A stretch of 64,000 nucleotides of DNA from Euprymna scolopes (lineage: Eukaryota). The notes below the pieces were generated by a model that was given only the letters and a program-made list of their open reading frames with translations, made no database searches and was not told the DNA's origin. The position numbers and the translations under genes were made by a program. Shown piece after piece: positions 12,001 through 27,000 of the stretch (its first letter is position 1; every line of letters starts with the position of its first letter). The stretch is taken from NCBI GenBank assembly GCA_053919585.1, contig CM132791.1; one strand, given 5' to 3'.

Positions 12001-15000
12001 TTTGGCGTATTTTGGATACTTTTCTGAACTTTTCCCTGTTCCCCTACCTTACTATTATTTTTGCGTATCTGGAAAAATTAATTCATCCCCAGGTAAGTGC
12101 CTCTTTCTCCGAAGTATAATATTCGCTCATTCACTTGTTTTGGCAAAAGTGGTCGAAGACCTGCCTAATTTTCCTCACGAATATTTACTCTGCCGGCGAC
12201 ATATTAGATGAAGCGCTTTCATTTGGCGTATTTCGGATACTTTTATGAACTTTTCCCTGTTCCCCTACCTTACTATTATTTTTGCGTATCTGGAAAAATT
12301 AATTCATCCCCAGGTAAGTGCCTCTTTCTCCGAAGTATAATATTCGGTCATTCACTTGTTTTGGCAAAAGTGGTCGAAGACCTGCCTAATTTTCCTCGCG
12401 AATATTTACTCTGCCGGCGACATATTAGATGAAGCGCTTTCATTTGGCGTATTTCGGATACTTTTATGAACTTTTCCCTGTTCCCCTACCTTACTATTAT
12501 TTTTGCGTATCTGGAAAAATTAATTCATCCCCAGGTAAGTGCCTCTTTCTCCGAAGTATAATATTCGGTCATTCACTTGTTTTGGCAAAAGTGGTCGAAG
12601 ACCTGCCTAATTTTCCTCGCGAATATTTACTCTGCCGGCGACATATTAGATGAAGCGCTTTCATTTGGCGTATTTCGGATACTTTTCTGAACTTTTCCCT
12701 GTTCCCCTACCTTACTATTATTTTTGCGTATCTGGAAAAATTAATTCATCCCCAGGTAAGTGCCTCTTTCTCCGAAGTATAATATTCGGTCATTCACTTG
12801 TTTTGGCAAAAGTGGTCGAAGACCTGCCTAATTTTCCTCGCGAATATTTACTCTGCCGGCGACATATTAGATGAAGCGCTTTCATTTGGCGTATTTTGGA
12901 TACTTTTCTGAACTTTTCCCTGTTCCCCTACCTTACTATTATTTTTGCGTATCTGGAAAAATTAATTCATCCCCAGGTAAGTGCCTCTTTCTCCGAAGTA
13001 TAATATTCGCTCATTCACTTGTTTTGGCAAAAGTGGTCGAAGACCTGCCTAATTTTCCTCGCGAATATTTACTCTGCCGGCGACATATTAGATGAAGCGC
13101 TTTCATTTGGCGTATTTCGGATACTTTTCTGAACTTTTCCCTGTTCCCCTACCTTACTATTATTTTTGCGTATCTGGAAAAATTAATTCATCCCCAGGTA
13201 AGTGCCTCTTTCTCCGAAGTATAATATTCGGTCATTCACTTGTTTTGGCAAAAGTGGTCGAAGACCTGCCTAATTTTCCTCGCGAATATTTACTCTGCCG
13301 GCGACATATTAGATGAAGCGCTTTCATTTGGCGTATTTCGGATACTTTTCTGAACTTTTCCCTGTTCCCCTACCTTACTATTATTTTTGCGTATCTGGAA
13401 AAATTAATTAATCCCCAGGTAAGTGCCTCTTTCTCCGAAGTATAATATTCGGTCATTCACTTGTTTTGGCAAAAGTGGTCGAAGACCTGCCTAATTTTCC
13501 TCGCGAATATTTACTCTGCCGGCGACATATTAGATGAAGCGCTTTCATTTGGCGTATTTCGGATACTTTTCTGAACTTTTCCGTGTTCCCCTACCTTACT
13601 ATTATTTTTGCGTATCTGGAAAAATTAATTCATCCCCAGGTAAGTGCCTCTTTCTCCGAAGTATAATATTCGGTCATTCACTGGTTTTGGCAAAAGTGGT
13701 CGAAGACCTGCCTAATTTTCCTCGCGAATATTTACTCTGCCGGCGACATATTAGATGAAGCGCTTTCATTTGGCGTATTTCGGATCCTTTTCTGAACTTT
13801 TCCCTGTTCCCCTACCTTACTATTATTTTTGCGTATCTGGAAAAATTAATTCATCCCCAGGTAAGTGCCTCTTTCTCCGAAGTATAATATTCGGTCATTC
13901 ACTTGTTTTGGCAAAAGTGGTCGAAGACCTGCCTAATTTTCCTCGCGAATATTTACTCTGCCGGCGACATATTAGATGAAGCGCTTTCATTTGGCGTATT
14001 TCGGATACTTTTCTGAACTTTTCCCTGTTCCCCTACCTTACTATTATTTTTGCGTATCTGGAAAAAGTAATTCATCCCCAGGTAAGTGCCTCTTTCTCCG
14101 AAGTATAATATTCGGTCATTCACTTGTTTTGGCAAAAGTGGTCGAAGACCTGCCTAATTTTCCTCGCGAATATTTACTCTGCCGGCGACATATTAGATGA
14201 AGCGCTTTCATTTGACGTATTTCGGATACTTTTCTGAACTTCTCCCTGTTCCCCTACCTTACTATTATTTTTGCGTGTCTGGAAAAATTAATTCATCCCC
14301 AGGTAAGTGCCTCTTTCTCCGAAGTATAATATTCGGTCATTCACTTGTTTTGGCAAAAGTGGTCGAAGACCTGCCTAATTTTCCTCGCGAATATTTACTC
14401 TGCCGGCGACATATTAGATGAAGCGCTTTCATTTGGCGTATTTCGGATACTTTTATGAACTTTTCCCTGTTCCCCTACCTTACTATTATTTTTGCGTATC
14501 TGGAAAAATTAATTCATCCCCAGGTAAGTGCCTCTTTCTCCGAAGTATAATATTCGCTCATTCACTTGTTTTGGCAAAAGTGGTCGAAGACCTGCCTAAT
14601 TTTCCTCGCGAATATTTACTCTGCCGGCGACATATTAGATGAAGCGCTTTCATTTGGCGTATTTCGGATACTTTTCTGAACTTTTCCCTGTTCCCCTACC
14701 TTACTATTATTTTTGCGTATCTGGAAAAATTAATTCATCCCCAGGTAAGTGCCTCTTTCTCCGAAGTATAATATTCGGTCATTCACTTGTTTTGGCAAAA
14801 GTGGTCGAAGACCTGCCTAATTTTCCTCGCGAATATTTACTCTGCCGGCGACATATTAGATGAAGCGCTTTCATTTGGCGTATTTTGGATACTTTTCTGA
14901 ACTTTTCCCTGTTCCCCTACCTTACTATTATTTTTGCGTATCTGGAAAAATTAATTCATCCCCAGGTAAGTGCCTCTTTCTCCGAAGTATAATATTCGCT

Positions 15001-18000
15001 CATTCACTTGTTTTGGCAAAAGTGGTCGAAGACCTGCCTAATTTTCCTCGCGAATATTTACTCTGCCGGCGACATATTAGATGAAGCGCTTTCATTTGGC
15101 GTATTTCGGATACTTTTCTGAACTTTTCCCTGTTCCCCTACCTTACTATTATTTTTGCGTATCTGGAAAAATTAATTCATCCCCAGGTAAGTGCCTCTTT
15201 CTCCGAAGTATAATATTCGGTCATTCACTTGTTTTGGCAAAAGTGGTCGAAGACCTGCCTAATTTTCCTCGCGAATATTTACTCTGCCGGCGACATATTA
15301 GATGAAGCGCTTTCATTTGGCGTATTTCGGATCCTTTTCTGAACTTTTCCCTGTTCCCCTTCCTTACTATTATTTTTGCGTATCTGTAAAAATTAATTCA
15401 TCCCCAGGTAAGTGCCTCTTTCTCCGAAGTATAATATTCGGTCATTCACTTGTTTTGGCAAAAGTGGTCGAAGACCTGCCTAATTTTCCTCGCGAATATT
15501 TACTCTGCCGGCGACATATTAGATGAAGCGCTTTCATTTGGCGTATTTCGGATACTTTTCTGAACTTCTCCCTGTTCCCCTACCTTACTATTATTTTTGC
15601 GTATCTGGAAAAATTAATTCATCCCCAGGTAAGTGCCTCTTTCTCCGAAGTATAATATTCGGTCATTCACTTGTTTTGGCAAAAGTGGTCGAAGACCTGC
15701 CTAATTTTCCTCGCGAATATTTACTCTGCCGGCGACATATTAGATGAAGCGCTTTCATTTGGCGTATTTCGGATACTTTTCTGAACTTTTCCCTGTTCCC
15801 CTACCTTACTATTATTTTTGCGTATCTGGAAAAATTAATTCATCCCCAGGTAAGTGCCTCTTTCTCCGAAGTATAATATTCGGTCATTCACTTGTTTTGG
15901 CAAAAGTGGTCGAAGACCTGACTAATTTTCCTCGCGAATATTTACTCTGCCGGCGACATATTAGATGAAGCGCTTTCATTTGGCGTATTTCGGATACTTT
16001 TCTGAACTTTTCCCTGTTCCCCTACCTTACTATTATTTTTGCGTATCTGGAAAAATTAATTCATCCCCAGGTAAGTGCCTCTTTCTCCGAAGTATAATAT
16101 TCGGTCATTCACTTGTTTTGGCAAAAGTGGTCGAAGACCTGCCTAATTTTCCTCGCGAATATTTACTCTGCCGGCGACATATTAGATGAAGCGCTTTCAT
16201 TTGGCGTATTTCGGATACTTTTCTGAACTTTTCCCTGTTCCCCTACCTTACTATTATTTTTGCGTATCTGGAAAAATTAATTCATCCCCAGGTAAGTGCC
16301 TCTTTCTCCGAAGTATAATATTCGGTCATTCACTTGTTTTGGCAAAAGTGGTCGAAGACCTGCCTAATTTTCCTCGCGAATATTTACTCTGCCGGCGACA
16401 TATTAGATGAAGCGCTTTCATTTGGCGTATTTCGGATCCTTTTCTGAACTTTTCCCTGTTCCCCTACCTTACTATTATTTTTGCGTATCTGGAAAAATTA
16501 ATTCATCCCCAGGTAAGTGCCTCTTTCTCCGAAGTATAATATTCGGTCATTCACTTGTTTTGGCAAAAGTGGTCGAAGACCTGCCTAATTTTCCTCGCGA
16601 ATATTTACTCTGCCGGCGACATATTAGATGAAGCGCTTTCATTTGGCGTATTTCGGATCCTTTTCTGAACTTTTCCCTGTTCCCCTACCTTACTATTATT
16701 TTTGCGTATCTGGAAAAATTAATTCATCCCCAGGTAAGTGCCTCTTTCTCCGAAGTATAATATTCGGTCATTCACTTGTTTTGGCAAAAGTGGTCGAAGA
16801 CCTGCCTAATTTTCCTCGCGAATATTTACTCTGCCGGCGACATATTAGATGAAGCGCTTTCATTTGGCGTATTTCGGATCCTTTTCTGAACTTTTCCCTG
16901 TTCCCCTACCTTACTATTATTTTTGCGTATCTGGAAAAATTAATTCATCCCCAGGTAAGTGCCTCTTTCTCCGAAGTATAATATTCGGTCATTCACTTGT
17001 TTTGGCAAAAGTGGTCGAAGACCTGCCTAATTTTCCTCGCGAATATTTACTCTGCCGGCGACATATTAGATGAAGCGCTTTTATTGGCGTATTTCGGATA
17101 CTTTTCTGAACTTTTCCCGGTTCCCCTACCTTACTATTATTTTTGCGTATCTGGAAAAATTAATTCATCCCCAGGTAAGTGCCTCTTTCTCCGAAGTATA
17201 ATATTCGGTCATTCACTTGTTTTGGAAAAAGTTGTCGAAGACCTGCCTAATTTTCCTCGCGAATATTTACTCTGCCGGCGACATATTAGATGAAGCGCTT
17301 TCATTTGGCGTATTTCGGATACTTTTCTGAACTTTTCCCTGTTCCCCTACCTTACTATTATTTTTGCGTATCTGGAAAAAGTAATTCATCCCCAGGTAAG
17401 TGCCTCTTTCTCCGAAGTATAATATTCGCTCATTCACTTGTTTTGGCAAAAGTGGTCGAAGACCTGCCTAATTTTCCTCGCGAATATTTACTCTGCCGGC
17501 GACATATTAGATGAAGCGCTTTCATTTGGCGTATTTCGGATACTTTTCTGAACTTTTCCCTGTTCCCCTACCTTACTATTATTTTTGCGTATCTGGAAAA
17601 ATTAATTCATCCCCAGGTAAGTGCCTCTTTCTCCGAAGTATAATATTCGGTCATTCACTTGTTTTGGCAAAAGTGGTCGAAGACCTGCCTAATTTTCCTC
17701 GCGAATATTTACTCTGCCGGCGACATATTAGATGAAGCGCTTTCATTTGGCGTATTTCGGATACTTTTCTGAACTTTTCCCTGTTCCCCTACCTGACTAT
17801 TATTTTTGCGTATCTGGAAAAATTAATTCATCCCCAGGTAAGTGCCTCTTTCTCCGAAGTATAATATTCGGTCATTCACTTGTTTTGGCAAAAGTGTCGA
17901 AGTCCTGCCTAATTTTCCTCGCGAATATTTAGTGTGACGGCGACATTTTAGATGAAGCGCTTTCATTTGACGTATTTCGGATACTTTTCTGAACTTTTCC

Positions 18001-21000
18001 CTGTTCCCCTACCTTACTATAATTTTTGCGTATCTGGAAAAATTAATTCATCCCCAGGTAAGTGCCTCTTTCTCCGAAGTATAATATTCGGTCATTCACT
18101 GGTTTTGGCAAAAGTGGTCGAAGACCTGCCTAATTTTCCTCGCGAATATTTACTCTGCCGGCGACATATTAGATGAAGCGCTTTCATTTGGCGTATTTCG
18201 GATCCTTTTCTGAACTTTTCCCTGTTCCCCTACCTTACTATTATTTTTGCGTATCTGGAAAAATTAATTCATCCCCAGGTAAGTGCCTCTTTCTCCGAAG
18301 TATAATATTCGGTCATTCACTTGTTTTGGCAAAAGTGGTCGAAGACCTGCCTAATTTTCCTCGCGAATATTTACTCTGCCGGCGACATATTAGATGAAGC
18401 GCTTTCATTTGGCGTATTTCGGATACTTTTCTGAACTTTTCCCTGTTCCCCTACCTTACTATTATTTTTGCGTATCTGGAAAAAGTAATTCATCCCCAGG
18501 TAAGTGCCTCTTTCTCCGAAGTATAATATTCGGTCATTCACTTGTTTTGGCAAAAGTGGTCGAAGACCTGCCTAATTTTCCTCGCGAATATTTACTCTGC
18601 CGGCAACATATTAGATGAAGCGCTTTCATTTGACGTATTTCGGATACTTTTCTGAACTTCTCCCTGTTCCCCTACCTTACTATTATTTTTGCGTATCTGG
18701 AAAAATTAATTCATCCCCAGGTAAGTGCCTCTTTCTCCGAAGTATAATATTCGGTCATTCACTTGTTTTGGCAAAAGTGGTCGAAGACCTGCCTAATTTT
18801 CCTCGCGAATATTTACTCTGCCGGCGACATATTAGATGAAGCGCTTTCATTTGGCGTATTTCGGATCCTTTTCTGAACTTTTCCCTGTTCCCCTACCTTA
18901 CTATTATTTTTGCGTATCTGGAAAAATTAATTCATCCCCAGGTAAGTGCCTCTTTCTCCGAAGTATAATATTCGGTCATTCACTTGTTTTGGCAAAAGTG
19001 GTCGAAGACCTGCCTAATTTTCCTCGCGAATATTTACTCTGCCGGCGACATATTAGATGAAGCGCTTTCATTTGGCGTATTTCGGATACTTTTCTGAACT
19101 TTTCCCTGTTCCCCTACCTTACTATTATTTTTGCGTATCTGGAAAAATTAATTCATCCCCAGGTAAGTGCCTCTTTCTCCGAAGTATAATATTCGGTCAT
19201 TCACTTGTTTTGGCAAAAGTGGTCGAAGACCTGCCTAATTTTCCTCGCGAATATTTACTCTGCCGGCGACATATTAGATGAAGCGCTTTCATTTGGCGTA
19301 TTTTGGATACTTTTCTGAACTTTTCCCTGTTCCCCTACCTTACTATTATTTTTGCGTATCTGGAAAAATTAATTCATCCCCAGGTAAGTGCCTCTTTCTC
19401 CGAAGTATAATATTCGCTCATTCACTTGTTTTGGCAAAAGTGGTCGAAGACCTGCCTAATTTTCCTCGCGAATATTTACTCTGCCGGCGACATATTAGAT
19501 GAAGCGCTTTCATTTGGCGTATTTCGGATACTTTTATGAACTTTTCCCTGTTCCCCTACCTGACTATTATTTTTGCGTATCTGGAAAAATTAATTCATCC
19601 CCAGGTAAGTGCCTCTTTCTCCGAAGTATAATATTCGGTCATTCACTTGTTTTGGCAAAAGTGGTCGAAGTCCTGCCTAATTTTCCTCGCGAATATTTAC
19701 TGTGCCGGCGACATATTAGATGAAGCGCTTTCATTTGACGTATTTCGGATACTTTTCTGAACTTTTCCCTGTTCCCCTACCTTACTATAATTTTTGCGTA
19801 TCTGGAAAAATTAATTCATCCCCAGGTAAGTGCCTCTTTCTCCGAAGTATAATATTCGGTCATTCACTTGTTTTGGCAAAAGTGGTCGAAGACCTGCCTA
19901 ATTTTCCTCGCGAATATTTACTCTGCCGGCGACATATTAGATGAAGCGCTTTCATTTGGCGTATTTCGGATCCTTTTCTGAACTTTTCCCTGTTCCCCTA
20001 CCTTACTATTATTTTTGCGTATCTGGAAAAATTAATTCATCCCCAGGTAAGTGCCTCTTTCTCCGAAGTATAATATTCGGTCATTCACTTGTTTTGGCAA
20101 AAGTGGTCGAAGACCTGCCTAATTTTCCTCGCGAATATTTACTCTGCCGGCGACATATTAGATGAAGCGCTTTCATTTGGCGTATTTCGGATCCTTTTCT
20201 GAACTTTTCCCTGTTCCCCTACCTTACTATTATTTTTGCGTATCTGGAAAAATTAATTCATCCCCAGGTAAGTGCCTCTTTCTCCGAAGTATAATATTCG
20301 GTCATTCACTTGTTTTGGCAAAAGTGGTCGAAGACCTGCCTAATTTTCCTCGCGAATATTTACTCTGCCGGCGACATATTAGATGAAGCGCTTTCATTTG
20401 GCGTATTTTGGATACTTTTCTGAACTTTTCCCTGTTCCCCTACCTTACTATTATTTTTGCGTATCTGGAAAAATTAATTCATCCCCAGGTAAGTGCCTCT
20501 TTCTCCGAAGTATAATATTCGCTCATTCACTTGTTTTGGCAAAAGTGGTCGAAGACCTGCCTAATTTTCCTCACGAATATTTACTCTGCCGGCGACATAT
20601 TAGATGAAGCGCTTTCATTTGGCGTATTTCGGATACTTTTATGAACTTTTCCCTGTTCCCCTACCTTACTATTATTTTTGCGTATCTGGAAAAATTAATT
20701 CATCCCCAGGTAAGTGCCTCTTTCTCCGAAGTATAATATTCGGTCATTCACTTGTTTTGGCAAAAGTGGTCGAAGACCTGCCTAATTTTCCTCGCGAATA
20801 TTTACTCTGCCGGCGACATATTAGATGAAGCGCTTTCATTTGGCGTATTTCGGATACTTTTATGAACTTTTCCCTGTTCCCCTACCTTACTATTATTTTT
20901 GCGTATCTGGAAAAATTAATTCATCCCCAGGTAAGTGCCTCTTTCTCCGAAGTATAATATTCGGTCATTCACTTGTTTTGGCAAAAGTGGTCGAAGACCT

Positions 21001-24000
21001 GCCTAATTTTCCTCGCGAATATTTACTCTGCCGGCGACATATTAGATGAAGCGCTTTCATTTGGCGTATTTCGGATACTTTTCTGAACTTTTCCCTGTTC
21101 CCCTATCTTACTATTATTTTTGCGTATCTGGAAAAATTAATTCATCCCCAGGTAAGTGCCTCTTTCTCCGAAGTATAATATTCGGTCATTCACTTGTTTT
21201 GGCAAAAGTGGTCGAAGACCTGCCTAATTTTCCTCGCGAATATTTACTCTGCCGGCGACATATTAGATGAAGCGCTTTCATTTGGCGTATTTTGGATACT
21301 TTTCTGAACTTTTCCCTGTTCCCCTACCTTACTATTATTTTTGCGTATCTGGAAAAATTAATTCATCCCCAGGTAAGTGCCTCTTTCTCCGAAGTATAAT
21401 ATTCGCTCATTCACTTGTTTTGGCAAAAGTGGTCGAAGACCTGCCTAATTTTCCTCGCGAATATTTACTCTGCCGGCGACATATTAGATGAAGCGCTTTC
21501 ATTTGGCGTATTTCGGATACTTTTCTGAACTTTTCCCTGTTCCCCTACCTTACTATTATTTTTGCGTATCTGGAAAAATTAATTCATCCCCAGGTAAGTG
21601 CCTCTTTCTCCGAAGTATAATATTCGGTCATTCACTTGTTTTGGCAAAAGTGGTCGAAGACCTGCCTAATTTTCCTCGCGAATATTTACTCTGCCGGCGA
21701 CATATTAGATGAAGCGCTTTCATTTGGCGTATTTCGGATACTTTTCTGAACTTTTCCCTGTTCCCCTACCTTACTATTATTTTTGCGTATCTGGAAAAAT
21801 TAATTAATCCCCAGGTAAGTGCCTCTTTCTCCGAAGTATAATATTCGGTCATTCACTTGTTTTGGCAAAAGTGGTCGAAGACCTGCCTAATTTTCCTCGC
21901 GAATATTTACTCTGCCGGCGACATATTAGATGAAGCGCTTTCATTTGGCGTATTTCGGATACTTTTCTGAACTTTTCCGTGTTCCCCTACCTTACTATTA
22001 TTTTTGCGTATCTGGAAAAATTAATTCATCCCCAGGTAAGTGCCTCTTTCTCCGAAGTATAATATTCGGTCATTCACTGGTTTTGGCAAAAGTGGTCGAA
22101 GACCTGCCTAATTTTCCTCGCGAATATTTACTCTGCCGGCGACATATTAGATGAAGCGCTTTCATTTGGCGTATTTCGGATCCTTTTCTGAACTTTTCCC
22201 TGTTCCCCTACCTTACTATTATTTTTGCGTATCTGGAAAAATTAATTCATCCCCAGGTAAGTGCCTCTTTCTCCGAAGTATAATATTCGGTCATTCACTT
22301 GTTTTGGCAAAAGTGGTCGAAGACCTGCCTAATTTTCCTCGCGAATATTTACTCTGCCGGCGACATATTAGATGAAGCGCTTTCATTTGGCGTATTTCGG
22401 ATACTTTTCTGAACTTTTCCCTGTTCCCCTACCTTACTATTATTTTTGCGTATCTGGAAAAAGTAATTCATCCCCAGGTAAGTGCCTCTTTCTCCGAAGT
22501 ATAATATTCGGTCATTCACTTGTTTTTGGCAAAAGTGTCGAGACCTGCCTAATTTTCCTCGCGAATATTTACTCTGCCGCGACATATTAGATGAAGCGCT
22601 TTCATTTGACGTATTTCGGATACTTTTCTGAACTTCTCCCTGTTCCCCTACCTTACTATTATTTTTGCGTATCTGGAAAAATTAATTCATCCCCAGGTAA
22701 GTGCCTCTTTCTCCGAAGTATAATATTCGGTCATTCACTTGTTTTGGCAAAAGTGGTCGAAGACCTGCCTAATTTTCCTCGCGAATATTTACTCTGCCGG
22801 CGACATATTAGATGAAGCGCTTTCATTTGGCGTATTTCGGATACTTTTCTGAACTTTTCCCTGTTCCCCTACCTTACTATTATTTTTGCGTATCTGGAAA
22901 AATTAATTCATCCCCAGGTAAGTGCCTCTTTCTCCGAAGTATAATATTCGGTCATTCACTTGTTTTGGCAAAAGTGGTCGAAGACCTGCCTAATTTTCCT
23001 CGCGAATATTTACTCTGCCGGCGACATATTAGATGAAGCGCTTTCATTTGGCGTATTTGGATACTTTTCTGAACTTTTCCCTGTTCCCCTACCTTACTAT
23101 TATTTTTGCGTATCTGGAAAAATTAATTCATCCCCAGGTAAGTGCCTCTTTCTCCGAAGTATAATATTCGCTCATTCACTTGTTTTGGCAAAAGTGGTCG
23201 AAGACCTGCCTAATTTTCCTCGCGAATATTTACTCTGCCGGCGACATATTAGATGAAGCGCTTTCATTTGGCGTATTTCGGATACTTTTCTGAACTTTTC
23301 CCTGTTCCCCTACCTTACTATTATTTTTGCGTATCTGGAAAAATTAATTCATCCCCAGGTAAGTGCCTCTTTCTCCGAAGTATAATATTCGCTCATTCAC
23401 TTGTTTTGGCAAAAGTGGTCGAAGACCTGCCTAATTTTCCTCGCGAATATTACTCTGCCGCGCATATTAGATGAAGCGCTTTCATTTGGCGTATTTCGGA
23501 TCCTTTTCTGAACTTTTCCCTGTTCCCCTACCTTACTATTATTTTTGCGTATCTGGAAAAATTAATTCATCCCCAGGTAAGTGCCTCTTTCTCCGAAGTA
23601 TAATATTCGGTCATTCACTTGTTTTGGCAAAAGTATACTCGAGAAGCGCTTTCATTTGGGGATTTCCTTTTCTGTTTTCCTGTTTTTTTTGGTATCTGGA
23701 AAAATTAATTCATCCCCAGGTAAGTGCTCTTTCTCCGAAGTATAATATTCGTTCATTTCACTTGTTTGGCAAAAGTNNNNNNNNNNNNNNNNNNNNNNNN
23801 NNNNNNNNNNNNNNNNNNNNNNNNNNNNNNNNNNNNNNNNNNNNNNNNNNNNNNNNNNNNNNNNNNNNNNNNNNNNTGCGTATCTGGAAAAAGTAATTCA
23901 TCCCCAGGTAAGTGCCTCTTTCTCCGAAGTATAATATTCGGTCATTCACTTGTTTTGGCAAAAGTGGTCGAAGACCTGCCTAATTTTCCTCGCGAATATT

Positions 24001-27000
24001 TACTCTGCCGGCAACATATTAGATGAAGCGCTTTCATTTGACGTATTTCGGATACTTTTCTGAACTTCTCCCTGTTCCCCTACCTTACTATTATTTTTGC
24101 GTATCTGGAAAAATTAATTCATCCCCAGGTAAGTGCCTCTTTCTCCGAAGTATAATATTCGGTCATTCACTTGTTTTGGCAAAAGTGGTCGAAGACCTGC
24201 CTAATTTTCCTCGCGAATATTTACTCTGCCGGCGACATATTAGATGAAGCGCTTTCATTTGGCGTATTTCGGATCCTTTTCTGAACTTTTCCCTGTTCCC
24301 CTACCTTACTATTATTTTTGCGTATCTGGAAAAATTAATTCATCCCCAGGTAAGTGCCTCTTTCTCCGAAGTATAATATTCGGTCATTCACTTGTTTTGG
24401 CAAAAGTGGTCGAAGACCTGCCTAATTTTCCTCGCGAATATTTACTCTGCCGGCGACATATTAGATGAAGCGCTTTCATTTGGCGTATTTCGGATACTTT
24501 TCTGAACTTTTCCCTGTTCCCCTACCTTACTATTATTTTTGCGTATCTGGAAAAATTAATTCATCCCCAGGTAAGTGCCTCTTTCTCCGAAGTATAATAT
24601 TCGGTCATTCACTTGTTTTGGCAAAAGTGGTCGAAGACCTGCCTAATTTTCCTCGCGAATATTTACTCTGCCGGCGACATATTAGATGAAGCGCTTTCAT
24701 TTGGCGTATTTTGGATACTTTTCTGAACTTTTCCCTGTTCCCCTACCTTACTATTATTTTTGCGTATCTGGAAAAATTAATTCATCCCCAGGTAAGTGCC
24801 TCTTTCTCCGAAGTATAATATTCGCTCATTCACTTGTTTTGGCAAAAGTGGTCGAAGACCTGCCTAATTTTCCTCGCGAATATTTACTCTGCCGGCGACA
24901 TATTAGATGAAGCGCTTTCATTTGGCGTATTTCGGATACTTTTATGAACTTTTCCCTGTTCCCCTACCTGACTATTATTTTTGCGTATCTGGAAAAATTA
25001 ATTCATCCCCAGGTAAGTGCCTCTTTCTCCGAAGTATAATATTCGGTCATTCACTTGTTTTGGCAAAAGTGGTCGAAGTCCTGCCTAATTTTCCTCGCGA
25101 ATATTTACTGTGCCGGCGACATATTAGATGAAGCGCTTTCATTTGACGTATTTCGGATACTTTTCTGAACTTTTCCCTGTTCCCCTACCTTACTATAATT
25201 TTTGCGTATCTGGAAAAATTAATTCATCCCCAGGTAAGTGCCTCTTTCTCCGAAGTATAATATTCGGTCATTCACTTGTTTTGGCAAAAGTGGTCGAAGA
25301 CCTGCCTAATTTTCCTCGCGAATATTTACTCTGCCGGCGACATATTAGATGAAGCGCTTTCATTTGGCGTATTTCGGATCCTTTTCTGAACTTTTCCCTG
25401 TTCCCCTACCTTACTATTATTTTTGCGTATCTGGAAAAATTAATTCATCCCCAGGTAAGTGCCTCTTTCTCCGAAGTATAATATTCGGTCATTCACTTGT
25501 TTTGGCAAAAGTGGTCGAAGACCTGCCTAATTTTCCTCGCGAATATTTACTCTGCCGGCGACATATTAGATGAAGCGCTTTCATTTGGCGTATTTCGGAT
25601 CCTTTTCTGAACTTTTCCCTGTTCCCCTACCTTACTATTATTTTTGCGTATCTGGAAAAATTAATTCATCCCCAGGTAAGTGCCTCTTTCTCCGAAGTAT
25701 AATATTCGGTCATTCACTTGTTTTGGCAAAAGTGGTCGAAGACCTGCCTAATTTTCCTCGCGAATATTTACTCTGCCGGCGACATATTAGATGAAGCGCT
25801 TTCATTTGGCGTATTTTGGATACTTTTCTGAACTTTTCCCTGTTCCCCTACCTTACTATTATTTTTGCGTATCTGGAAAAATTAATTCATCCCCAGGTAA
25901 GTGCCTCTTTCTCCGAAGTATAATATTCGCTCATTCACTTGTTTTGGCAAAAGTGGTCGAAGACCTGCCTAATTTTCCTCACGAATATTTACTCTGCCGG
26001 CGACATATTAGATGAAGCGCTTTCATTTGGCGTATTTCGGATACTTTTATGAACTTTTCCCTGTTCCCCTACCTTACTATTATTTTTGCGTATCTGGAAA
26101 AATTAATTCATCCCCAGGTAAGTGCCTCTTTCTCCGAAGTATAATATTCGGTCATTCACTTGTTTTGGCAAAAGTGGTCGAAGACCTGCCTAATTTTCCT
26201 CGCGAATATTTACTCTGCCGGCGACATATTAGATGAAGCGCTTTCATTTGGCGTATTTCGGATACTTTTATGAACTTTTCCCTGTTCCCCTACCTTACTA
26301 TTATTTTTGCGTATCTGGAAAAATTAATTCATCCCCAGGTAAGTGCCTCTTTCTCCGAAGTATAATATTCGGTCATTCACTTGTTTTGGCAAAAGTGGTC
26401 GAAGACCTGCCTAATTTTCCTCGCGAATATTTACTCTGCCGGCGACATATTAGATGAAGCGCTTTCATTTGGCGTATTTCGGATACTTTTCTGAACTTTT
26501 CCCTGTTCCCCTATCTTACTATTATTTTTGCGTATCTGGAAAAATTAATTCATCCCCAGGTAAGTGCCTCTTTCTCCGAAGTATAATATTCGGTCATTCA
26601 CTTGTTTTGGCAAAAGTGGTCGAAGACCTGCCTAATTTTCCTCGCGAATATTTACTCTGCCGGCGACATATTAGATGAAGCGCTTTCATTTGGCGTATTT
26701 TGGATACTTTTCTGAACTTTTCCCTGTTCCCCTACCTTACTATTATTTTTGCGTATCTGGAAAAATTAATTCATCCCCAGGTAAGTGCCTCTTTCTCCGA
26801 AGTATAATATTCGCTCATTCACTTGTTTTGGCAAAAGTGGTCGAAGACCTGCCTAATTTTCCTCGCGAATATTTACTCTGCCGGCGACATATTAGATGAA
26901 GCGCTTTCATTTGGCGTATTTCGGATACTTTTCTGAACTTTTCCCTGTTCCCCTACCTTACTATTATTTTTGCGTATCTGGAAAAATTAATTCATCCCCA

